Shown here: positions 38,388 to 46,674 of the stretch, in pieces
How positions within the stretch are numbered: the first letter of the stretch is position 1
How the letters are laid out: each line of letters begins with the position of its first letter
IMG/VR virus record: IMGVR_UViG_3300032156_000008
Coordinates: 1 to 60,524 of that record
Source of the DNA: a virus
Taxonomy: Duplodnaviria; Caudoviricetes
Strand: one strand, 5' to 3'
DNA length: 60,524 bases
Notes under the pieces: model-generated
The model's database searches: none
Told to the model about the DNA's origin: nothing
What the model saw: the letters and a program-made list of their open reading frames with translations, nothing else
Made by a program: the position numbers and the translations under genes

Positions 38388-38745
38388 GCTTCCTCGTATA
38401 GTATGAGACGTGCGCCGCCGCGGCCCTGACGTGGCGACTCCTGTGGAGCCCGATCTGAGCCCCGAGGGTCATCCGCAGGATAGACGGCGACTGGACGACC
38501 ATGGGCGTCCGCCTCCTCTGGCAGAGGAAGTCGACGACCCCGATCATCCTGATCGACGGGTGGTAGTCGGACGGCTGCCCGCGCCTCACCCTGAAGTCCT
38601 CGATCACGACCACGTCGGGGTCGAGCCTGTGGATAAAGCTGACAACCTCATCGTACGACTTGGCCTCCACGCCCTCCCGGAACTCTCCGTCCTCGAAGGC
38701 GCACAGCCCCGTGACCCTTCCCGGGTCCACTCCGACTACGATCAT
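38374..38745 (-). CDS. RuvC-like Holliday junction resolvase
   Basis: VVGVDPG..TG, VVVIEDF, H.RAA. Confidence 0.75.
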   Translation of the reverse strand: MIVVGVDPGRVTGLCAFEDGEFREGVEAKSYDEVVSFIHRLDPDVVVIEDFRVRRGQPSDYHPSIRMIGVVDFLCQRRRTPMVVQSPSILRMTLGAQIGLHRSRHVRAAAAHVSYYTRKHATT

Positions 38746-38754
38746 ATGAGGGAC

Positions 38755-38826
38755 TGGCCGGGGGCGGCGTTGGACCGCGAACCACCTCTCAGAGGATGCT
38801 GACGTGCAGTTGATTATCCCCGGCCA
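38755..38826. ncRNA. Cloverleaf/tRNA-like structured element (not a canonical tRNA)
   Basis: 9-bp closing stem TGGCCGGGG/CCCCGGCCA enclosing three short hairpins in 72 nt. Confidence 0.3.
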
Positions 38827-38833
38827 CGAGGAT

Positions 38834-38852
38834 GGTGGGGATGGCCCCCACC
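38834..38852 (-). terminator. Hairpin after the peptidase gene
   Basis: GGTGGGG-N5-CCCCACC about 10 nt after the stop; no U-tract. Confidence 0.35.
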
Positions 38853-38861
38853 GCGCCCGAC

Positions 38862-40205
38862 TTACTTACCGAGGAGTCCCTTCAGGATGGCCCAGAGGGC
38901 CTTGAGGAACTCTACGACTGGGTTGGGGCTCGGAGTGGGAGGGGGCGTGGGGTCCGTGGGTCGGAAGGTGAACTCGACGGTGATCACGGGCTTGCCCGCG
39001 GCGTCGACGACCTCCTGCGACTTGTTGGGGATAAACGACACGGTCCCGTCCGTCTTGATCTGGAGCGCCGGGCTCCCGCTGATAACCACCGTCGGGGGAA
39101 TCTTGACGCTCGACGGGTCGAGCGGCGCCGCCCTGACCGTGGTGATACTCCCGTCGAGGACGCTCACCCTGCCGTCGGCGCACTCCCTGCCGTTCACGAC
39201 GAACCCGCAGGGGACGTTGCACGTCGCGGCCATGGTCGAGTAGATCTGCCTCCCGACGGCCACGTCGGACGCGTCGATCGGCACGTACGCCGCCGAGGCG
39301 TTCGCGACGTGGTAGTTGCGGGTCCACCCGTTTAGGAGGGGCCAGTCCCTGTCGTTGTCTCCCCACGAGGCCGCGACGACGAGGATGCCCTGATCCATGT
39401 CGTAGCCGACGATGCACTGGGCGTGCCCGCCGACGTCGGTGCCCGACTTGCCGGGGTAGATATAGACCGAGGCCCCGTCCACCGTCTTGGGCATCAGGTT
39501 CTGGTAGTCCTCCATGATGTTGACGCCGACGAGGGCGGCCCCGCCCGTCCCGGCCTCGTACCCACGGAAGATCGCCTCGCATATTTCGTCGAAGGTATCG
39601 CAGATCGCGTATCCGTCGGCGAGGTGGAAAAGCGCCTCGGCGTCTATCTGCTCCCTGCTAATGCCGAGGTCGTTATCATACGACGGCACGCAGTCGGGAT
39701 TCTTGGAGGTCCTGTACCACCACTCGGGCACCCAGCCCCTCTTGGTCCACGCGATCATGCACGCGTCGACCCATCCGCCATCGGGAGGCCTGTCCGCCGG
39801 GTCGGGCCACGCCTGCTCGCGACCCAGCTCGTAGGCTCTCTGCATAGAGGGCATGAGCCCAACGACCTTGTCCCAGAACATGGCACAGCGCCAGCCGTCC
39901 TTCTTGATCTGGACGTCGCGCCGTATGGCGGCGAACTCCTCAGCGGTCGGCCTCTGGCCGAGCAGGCGGAGGATGACGACGAGATACTGAGCCATCGCGG
40001 TCGCGAACCCCGTGCACGTCCCCCTCTTGTCCTGATTCAGCCTCGTCGGCTTCAGGAACGGGAGGACCAGTGGGTTTATCCACGCACGGGGTATCGGAGG
40101 GCGCGCCTCCGCCTTCGCCCTCTGAATGGCCCTGTAGCTGAAGTGCGGCCTCTCCGCGAGCTTGTGCTTCGGGAGGACCGGGTCCAGCTTCGGCTTGAAG
40201 GGCGT
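38862..40205 (-). CDS. Papain-like (C1) cysteine peptidase, candidate lysin
   Basis: NQDKRGTCTGFA (catalytic Cys; upstream of the first ATG at 39995), GGHAQCIVGYD (His), ASWG; Pro linker and amphipathic C-terminus. Start inferred at ACG 40205. Confidence 0.75.
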   Translation of the reverse strand, partial: TPFKPKLDPVLPKHKLAERPHFSYRAIQRAKAEARPPIPRAWINPLVLPFLKPTRLNQDKRGTCTGFATAMAQYLVVILRLLGQRPTAEEFAAIRRDVQIKKDGWRCAMFWDKVVGLMPSMQRAYELGREQAWPDPADRPPDGGWVDACMIAWTKRGWVPEWWYRTSKNPDCVPSYDNDLGISREQIDAEALFHLADGYAICDTFDEICEAIFRGYEAGTGGAALVGVNIMEDYQNLMPKTVDGASVYIYPGKSGTDVGGHAQCIVGYDMDQGILVVAASWGDNDRDWPLLNGWTRNYHVANASAAYVPIDASDVAVGRQIYSTMAATCNVPCGFVVNGRECADGRVSVLDGSITTVRAAPLDPSSVKIPPTVVISGSPALQIKTDGTVSFIPNKSQEVVDAAGKPVITVEFTFRPTDPTPPPTPSPNPVVEFLKALWAILKGLLGK

Positions 40206-40214
40206 GTTTCCACC

Positions 40215-40625
40215 TCAGGCGGGCGGACCCTTCATCCGCTGGACCTGAAGGGCTCCCCTCTGGTATCCCATCTGGGAGCCCTGCGTGTATCCACCGAGGG
40301 ACGCGATGAGCAGCACGACGGCCTGCATGGTTGCTCCGTCGATGCCCTGAAGCAGCGCGTAGATCTCGATAACGCCGAGGACGATCATGGCGAGGACGAC
40401 CCTCATCGTCAAGTCGGTGAACTCGGCCCCGACAAGTCCCACGGCCCGGCCTACGCCGTGACCAAGGGAGTGCGTTACGATGCCGGCGATGACCGCGAAG
40501 ATGATCGCCGTCAGTCCGCTCTCCGTGGTGACCACGCCCGTGCTCATCCCCGCTATGAGGATGACAGCGATGATCACTACAGAGGACACAGTCTTGATAG
40601 TTCCGTCTGGATCAGTGAGGCTCAT
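40215..40625 (-). CDS. Multi-pass membrane protein, holin-like
   Basis: About four hydrophobic helices; adjacent to the peptidase. Confidence 0.6.
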   Translation of the reverse strand: MSLTDPDGTIKTVSSVVIIAVILIAGMSTGVVTTESGLTAIIFAVIAGIVTHSLGHGVGRAVGLVGAEFTDLTMRVVLAMIVLGVIEIYALLQGIDGATMQAVVLLIASLGGYTQGSQMGYQRGALQVQRMKGPPA

Positions 40626-40820
40626 GAGCCAATCTCCACGATACCGTCTGATGCGGGCGCGCGGGCAGCACAGTCTCCCCACCCGAGCGCCCTCTGACCA
40701 GCCGACGGTCGGGTACCTGCGACCCATCGGCACTTGGGGATTGGCGCGGGGCGTGATAGACCCCGGCTCACGCTGTCAGCGGGTCCAGACGACGTCGTCG
40801 AGATATACCTCGATAGCTGC

Positions 40821-41570
40821 CTACCCGCAGTTTATCGAGACGTCGTCCAAGTAGACAGTCCCCGTGGCGGGCCAAGGGTAGGCGTCGTCGAGCCACACAT
40901 CGATCTGGATCGCGTGCGGGGCTCCGAGGTGCTGCATGGCCGGGAGGACCCACGTTTTTAGGTCATACGTGCCGTAGATCCGTTCTATGTATGGGGCCGA
41001 AGCCTCTCCGACCCACGCAGCACCGTTCCACCACACGATGGCTGACATCACGAGAGTATAGTGGGGGAACTCTAAGGTCCTGATCCGATACGTGAGCGTG
41101 TCGCCCTCGGCCCAGCGGCACGACGAGGGATTGACGAGACTCGCTTGGTAGACTCGTTCTGGCATATAACCGGGCGGCCCGACGCGGACTAGGTTAATCT
41201 GAAGACCGTAATCCCCCGAATATTTCGCGGCCGCATTCACCTCGTCAGAACCGGCGTCGTGACTCTGGTAGACCAGCTCCCACCCCGTCATGTCCCCGGT
41301 CTCGAAGCCCCCGTTGATCAGGGCGCAGCACTCTGGCACGAGGGGCGCGCCCCCGGTGATGGCGTATACGGGCTGACCGCCTATTGGGATAAGAACACAC
41401 TCGCCCCCCTCGGTCGGGACGCCCGGGGAGACGGCGTAGTACTCGCCCCTGTTCCCCGTGGGCACGAGGAGACACTGCCCACCCTCTCTCGGCGTGCCCG
41501 GGCCGTAGGCGGCGTACTCGCCCCTGTTCCCCGTGGGCACGAGGACCGTTCGATCGCCGAGGCCGGTCAT
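40821..41570 (-). CDS. Tail-associated protein with LVPTGNRGEY repeats and a carbohydrate-binding-like domain
   Basis: 32-bp exact repeat at 41439 and 41514; LINGGFETGD..GW...YLDDVS (CBM4/9-like). Confidence 0.65.
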   Translation of the reverse strand: MTGLGDRTVLVPTGNRGEYAAYGPGTPREGGQCLLVPTGNRGEYYAVSPGVPTEGGECVLIPIGGQPVYAITGGAPLVPECCALINGGFETGDMTGWELVYQSHDAGSDEVNAAAKYSGDYGLQINLVRVGPPGYMPERVYQASLVNPSSCRWAEGDTLTYRIRTLEFPHYTLVMSAIVWWNGAAWVGEASAPYIERIYGTYDLKTWVLPAMQHLGAPHAIQIDVWLDDAYPWPATGTVYLDDVSINCG

Positions 41571-42418
41571 GACGCGTCGTAGAACCCCGCGAGTTGGACG
41601 TAGCACGTGTGCCCGCTCGGGCACGGTGTGGGTATAGTGTAGGACTGGATGCTGTTGACGTATACGTAGCCCACCAGACTCTGATAGACTCCTGCGGTCC
41701 CGTCGAAGAAGTAGTATGGGAACGCGACCACGGTATATGTCTGGGTCGCCGGGTTGACCGGGACTCCCCAGTACAGGTTCGTCGTCGCGGTCGTGTTTCC
41801 CGTGAAGGAGGCGCTAATAATGAAGTGAACCGTATTCCCGTCTCTGCTGTATCGCGCACTCGATGAATATCCAGTGGGCACTCCCCCAGCCCACTGGAGA
41901 TACGGAGACCACGCCCCCCACGAGGCGCCGGCGTCGACGTAGGTCTTGTTAACGGCCCCGGTCCCGAGGGTAGACGATACCACTCCCTCGATCTTATGAC
42001 CCAGAAGATCCACATACGGAGTATCGGTGACTCCCGCAATCTGCATCGCGTAGACGGCCGTGGCCTTCGTGGCATTGGGAACACCAAGTATCACGCTCCC
42101 CGGATAAGCCCCGCTGGTGGAGCCGAAAAACAAAGCAAACGCCCCATGCCCCGACGCGTATTGGCCCCCCGAGAGGTAGAAGTAGCTATTGTCGACGTTC
42201 CGATAGAACGCCGTTCCCGTCAGTGGCCTCGAACTATCCAGCCGAACGTCTTGCGTCTCGTTGGAGATCAGCGCGTTGATCGTGTCGCCGAGGTATCCGG
42301 CCCCGAGGGGGCCTGCGGGCCCGCGCCCCTGCGGGACTAGTCCCGCATAGAGGGCTCCGATCGCCACCGCCTGAATGGCTACGGCGATCGCCAGAATCTG
42401 GATTGCAGTCGGTCTCAT
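41567..42418 (-). CDS. Fibre-like protein with an N-terminal hydrophobic segment
   Basis: AVNKTYVD, W..WSP, ARYSRDGNTV tail-fibre-like motifs; N-terminal TM/signal. Confidence 0.6.
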   Translation of the reverse strand: MRPTAIQILAIAVAIQAVAIGALYAGLVPQGRGPAGPLGAGYLGDTINALISNETQDVRLDSSRPLTGTAFYRNVDNSYFYLSGGQYASGHGAFALFFGSTSGAYPGSVILGVPNATKATAVYAMQIAGVTDTPYVDLLGHKIEGVVSSTLGTGAVNKTYVDAGASWGAWSPYLQWAGGVPTGYSSSARYSRDGNTVHFIISASFTGNTTATTNLYWGVPVNPATQTYTVVAFPYYFFDGTAGVYQSLVGYVYVNSIQSYTIPTPCPSGHTCYVQLAGFYDAS

Positions 42419-45400
42419 GGTCCCACCTGAATGTATGACGCGTCGAAGCTCGTCGCGGGCACGCGCGGCACCGTCGCGGAGTTGACGACGTTATACTCGG
42501 AGACGAAGCAGTTGCCCACGGAGTTGACGCCCGTGCCCGTCGGGGCGAGAATGGCCCCGTGGTAGAAGATCACGTAGGCGAGGGACACGACTCGAATGCC
42601 GTTGCCCCCGGCTGTCCCCCTGAGGACGCTCAGCACTATACTCGCCGATCCCGAGTACCCGAAGGTGAAGGCGTCGGCCGTCGCCCCCGTGGAGTCGAGG
42701 ACGCTGCCCGTGCTGAACACCCACCCGGACCCGACCCCGACCACCGAGTTGTACAGGACATAGAGGGGGGAGTAGCCCCTGACGTAGCTCGAGTTGACGT
42801 ATGCAGCGCAGAAGGCCATCCCATACAGCCCACTCGCCCCATAGGTATTGTCGGCGAGCAGGACCGACGCCGTGACGGTCACCCCGCTCCTCACGCCGAT
42901 GTAGACGCACCCGCCCGGCCCGGCGTTGAGGCTCAGCCCGGTGATGCTCAGCATGGCCGAGTTGTCAGTGACGACGTATCCAGAGGAGGTCGTCACCCTC
43001 GTTCTGACGATAGTGTACCAGTCGCTCCCGGCGGTGGTGATGTTGCCCCACGGCGCCGCGTCGTCGATCTCGATCTCCCAGACGTTCGAGCCCTTGTCGA
43101 CCGTCGCCTTCACCGTCGAGTAGACGAAGCTAGTGGCGGCGTGGCGGACGAGGATTGGATCTCCTACCGTCACGCTCGCCCCGTCGGAGGCCGTGAGATT
43201 AAACTTCGTCGAGGACGGTGTGGCCGCGTCGGCGCACGCCCCCGCCCAGTAGAGCTCCCCACGGATCTCCAGCGTGCCGGACCCGATGATCCTCTGGACT
43301 GCGAGGTTCTCCGCGTAGTCGGTTCCGCCCTTGCGGACCTTAATCGACGTGACGTGGTCGATGATCGACGGGAGGGAGTCGATCGCCGCCTGAATAGTCG
43401 TGAAGGCGTTCGTCCAGTCGACGCCCGTCCCCGCGCCAGCCGCCGCCTTGTCGACGTAGATGGTAGCGGCGGCGGTCGTCCTCGTCGCCGCGTTCGCCAC
43501 CCCCGGGGGGGTCGCCCAGTCGCCCGCCCCGTTCAGGAAGTGAGATGTGTCGGCGTCGAAGGCCTTCACCGCGACGTGGCTGCCATCCCCCTCGAGGAGG
43601 CCGGTGAGGTCGGTATCGGTCGCCGTCGTGATGTTGTCTGGCCCCGCAGGACCCATGATGTTCTCGATCAGGACCCACGCGCCCGTCTGCTTCTGGTAGA
43701 CGTCGCCCGAGTCGATGTCGAGATAGTAGTCGCCATCGACGCCGATGCCGGCCCCTCCCACTGAGAAGTCGTCGAAGTCGGCCTCGATAACCTCCATCCC
43801 GTCGTCGCCCACGGCCTCCGCGTAGACGACGGCCTTCAGCCTCGCGGCCTCGTAGGCCGACGTCGTGGTGCCGGTGACCTCGGTCCACCCGACCGAGCCG
43901 CCGTCGGTCACCTCCAGCAGGACCTCCTGATGCGGCGCTCCCGACTCGTCGGAGAGGATGACCGACACCGTGTAGGAGTAGGTCCAGTCGGTGGCGTCGA
44001 TCCTGTACCAGAAGGAGAAGTCCTGCGCGTCGGGCAGCGCCCCGAGGTCCTGATAGGCGTCGGACGTGTCGGGGTCGATCACGCCCGGGATGATCAGGCT
44101 GAGGATCTGGAGGCTATACGTGCCGGAGTGCTTCTCGGCTGTGACCACGTTGACCGACCCGCCCACCACCTCCTCGGCGACCCACGGTGTGAGCTCGCCC
44201 GTCTCGAACCCGCCGTTGACGACGTATTCCCCGACGGGCGGTGGACCCTCCCCGTTCCACCAGACGCTCCCGACGACCCCGGCCGGCCCCGCAGGACCCA
44301 TTACGTTGCCGAAGAGCCCCCACGAGCCCCCCGTTTTCGTGTAGACGTCCCCGCTGAGGGAGTCGAGGTAGTAGTCTCCGTTGTCCCCGATCCCGAACCC
44401 GGGCGGACCCTCGTCGTTCCACCATGTCGAGCCGGGGTCGCCGGGCGGCCCCTCCGGACCCATGATGTTCTCGACGACGGACCACGTGCCATCCCTATAG
44501 TAGACGTCCCCGCTGGCGACGTCGAGGTAGTAGTCCCCGTCGACGCCGGTGCCCGGGTCCGGGGCGCCCGAGCCATTCCACCAGACGGAGCCCGGGGCTC
44601 CCGCCGGGCCGGCGGGTCCGTCTGGTCCGTCGGGTCCTGCCGGCCCGGGCGGCCCCTGCTCGCCGGGCGGCCCGTATCCGCCCTCCATGACCCTGACCTT
44701 CAGGGTGCGCCCGTCCTTGTCGGAGATCACCGTGCCACCCCCGACGCCGTCGAGTGTGTCCACCGTGCCGGTCAGCACCTCTGGGACCTTCTCCTTGATG
44801 GCCTGCGTCGCGATGTTCTTCGACGCCGTCGTCCTGTCCTGCACGAGGGTCTTGTAGGCGAGCTGAGACGTGAAGTTAGAGTCCTTCACCGACTGAATAT
44901 TAACGTAGACGCCCGCGAGCTCCCTGACGTATTCGACGGAGATCACCCGCATGGTGTCGTCGGGGATGCCGTCGAACCCCGTCAGGGAGATCTTCTGATA
45001 GAGCTCGATGTCGGGGCGCCCCCTGACGGTGAACGAGTAGACGGTGGGTGGGTGGGTGACGAGGGCGAGGATATCGGTGGCGATCGCGTCCGCCTCCGCC
45101 TCGTCCGCCACCTCGGGCCTCTTGACGTTCAGGGTGATGCGGAACTCCGTGTCCCCCAACACACCCGCTGTGCAGGCGTAGCCCCGTACCCACTGGTTCG
45201 TGAACTCGTCTATCGTCATCCCGATAACAACGACCTCGTTGATGTACTCGTCTGCCCTCTCATCGGCGTCGACCGACTCGACGAGGCCGTCGGTGTAGGC
45301 GATCGTCAGCTGCCCCGGGAGATCGAGCCCCTCCTCCTCGTCGTCGATGTTCGCGTAGGGCACGAAGTAGGCGCACGGGACCGGATCGCCGCCGACCTCG

Positions 45401-46314
45401 ACGGGGCCGGCCTTCACGAGGAAGATGTGGGAGCAGTGGTCACAGATCTGGTCGATCGTCTGCTTGACCGTCGTGTTCTCGTCGACGGTGAACATTTTGT
45501 AGGGAATCGTCGTGCCCCAGCCGACCATGCCCCCGAGGCGCGTCACCCTGTAGGGGAGGACGCCGGTGTACCAGTCCCAGTCGGTGCCGAGCGGGTCGCG
45601 CCCGAGCATCCTGTTGATGAGCTCCGACGGCTCCGTCGTCTCGTCCACCTCGGGATAGATGAGGTCGGGCGGGGTGTCCCACGCTCGGAGGGTCTCGAAG
45701 GAGCCATACTGCTTCCCGAGATACCACGTCTGGTCCATCCCCGAGACGAACGAGTAGCGGTCCCCGGGCCTCCACGACTTCTTCGACGGGAGGGTGAACC
45801 CGTGGAAGACGGTGACCGGCCCCGTCTCCTCCGACGTCATCTCGACGGTGAGGTCGGCGAGCGCCACCGGGCGGACCAGTCCCACGAGGTCCATCTCCAG
45901 AGAGCGAAAGGTGTCCCCTATCCTCTGCGAGACGCGGACGCCCTGCGCCCCGAGGGTGTAGGCGACGAGCTCCGACTGGCCCCTCGAGAACTCGACCGTG
46001 TACTCCAGTTGGGCCGGGGTGATCTCCTTCTCCGCGAACCCCGTGATAAAGACGAAGTGGATGGTCTCGCCGTAGAGAACAAGATCGTATGGCCCGTTGC
46101 CGATGAGCGCCTTGATGTCGTCGATCTCCGTCTGAGAGTAGGGCCAGCAGGTGAACGTCCACGACCGCCCATATCCCGTCGGGGAGATGACCCTCTGCTG
46201 CCCGTCGAGGGAGATGCGTATCGTCTGACGGATGTCGAAGAGCGGCGCGTGGGGCGACGGCCTCGACAGGGGGATGGAGTCGTAGGTGACGACCCCAGTC
46301 GGTGTGTTGGTCAT
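42415..46314 (-). CDS. Large tail tip/hub and receptor-binding protein (~1299 aa)
   Basis: Dit-like N-terminus, hub-like region, short collagen runs, three GSxWWN..G.P...GDYYLD..SGDVY repeats, NGGFETG CBM-like insert, beta-helix-like C-terminus. Confidence 0.8.
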   Translation of the reverse strand: MTNTPTGVVTYDSIPLSRPSPHAPLFDIRQTIRISLDGQQRVISPTGYGRSWTFTCWPYSQTEIDDIKALIGNGPYDLVLYGETIHFVFITGFAEKEITPAQLEYTVEFSRGQSELVAYTLGAQGVRVSQRIGDTFRSLEMDLVGLVRPVALADLTVEMTSEETGPVTVFHGFTLPSKKSWRPGDRYSFVSGMDQTWYLGKQYGSFETLRAWDTPPDLIYPEVDETTEPSELINRMLGRDPLGTDWDWYTGVLPYRVTRLGGMVGWGTTIPYKMFTVDENTTVKQTIDQICDHCSHIFLVKAGPVEVGGDPVPCAYFVPYANIDDEEEGLDLPGQLTIAYTDGLVESVDADERADEYINEVVVIGMTIDEFTNQWVRGYACTAGVLGDTEFRITLNVKRPEVADEAEADAIATDILALVTHPPTVYSFTVRGRPDIELYQKISLTGFDGIPDDTMRVISVEYVRELAGVYVNIQSVKDSNFTSQLAYKTLVQDRTTASKNIATQAIKEKVPEVLTGTVDTLDGVGGGTVISDKDGRTLKVRVMEGGYGPPGEQGPPGPAGPDGPDGPAGPAGAPGSVWWNGSGAPDPGTGVDGDYYLDVASGDVYYRDGTWSVVENIMGPEGPPGDPGSTWWNDEGPPGFGIGDNGDYYLDSLSGDVYTKTGGSWGLFGNVMGPAGPAGVVGSVWWNGEGPPPVGEYVVNGGFETGELTPWVAEEVVGGSVNVVTAEKHSGTYSLQILSLIIPGVIDPDTSDAYQDLGALPDAQDFSFWYRIDATDWTYSYTVSVILSDESGAPHQEVLLEVTDGGSVGWTEVTGTTTSAYEAARLKAVVYAEAVGDDGMEVIEADFDDFSVGGAGIGVDGDYYLDIDSGDVYQKQTGAWVLIENIMGPAGPDNITTATDTDLTGLLEGDGSHVAVKAFDADTSHFLNGAGDWATPPGVANAATRTTAAATIYVDKAAAGAGTGVDWTNAFTTIQAAIDSLPSIIDHVTSIKVRKGGTDYAENLAVQRIIGSGTLEIRGELYWAGACADAATPSSTKFNLTASDGASVTVGDPILVRHAATSFVYSTVKATVDKGSNVWEIEIDDAAPWGNITTAGSDWYTIVRTRVTTSSGYVVTDNSAMLSITGLSLNAGPGGCVYIGVRSGVTVTASVLLADNTYGASGLYGMAFCAAYVNSSYVRGYSPLYVLYNSVVGVGSGWVFSTGSVLDSTGATADAFTFGYSGSASIVLSVLRGTAGGNGIRVVSLAYVIFYHGAILAPTGTGVNSVGNCFVSEYNVVNSATVPRVPATSFDASYIQVGP

Positions 46315-46670
46315 GAGACCACTCCGGCCGTCGACTCGGCGAACTCGACGGTGTACTCGCAGAGGGTGCCTCCGGTCCCGGGGGTCTCCCTCGCCTCCAG
46401 AGAGACGATCGTGCAGTAGCCCTGCGGGTCGCCGTCTATAGTGAGGGTGGTCCCGTAGACACCGATGCCGATCGCCGCCTCCAGCGCGTTGGCCTCCGCC
46501 CAGCCCTCGGCGAGGCAGGAGAACCTCCACCTGCGCCCGAGCGACGGGGTCTCGAACACCTGCTGCGTGCCGTCGAGGAGAGCCCTCCTCTTGGCCCGCA
46601 CGTCGGTGCCCGGTGCCTTCGGGGAGGGATTGGAGAGGGTCGTCGACCCGTAAACTACCTCTGTGACCAT
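46311..46670 (-). CDS. Distal tail-like protein
   Basis: Follows the tape measure; paralogous to the N-terminus of the next gene. Confidence 0.65.
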   Translation of the reverse strand: MVTEVVYGSTTLSNPSPKAPGTDVRAKRRALLDGTQQVFETPSLGRRWRFSCLAEGWAEANALEAAIGIGVYGTTLTIDGDPQGYCTIVSLEARETPGTGGTLCEYTVEFAESTAGVVS

Positions 46671-46674
46671 GGTC

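Noticed and set aside
40215-40823. Genome-wide stop codon reassignment
   Set aside because: Most genes end at TGA/TAG tightly overlapping the next start, and conserved enzymes are uninterrupted.
41439-41545. 32-bp repeat pair with a 43-bp gap resembling CRISPR
   Set aside because: Only two copies, 75-nt in-frame period encoding a peptide repeat; no cas operon.
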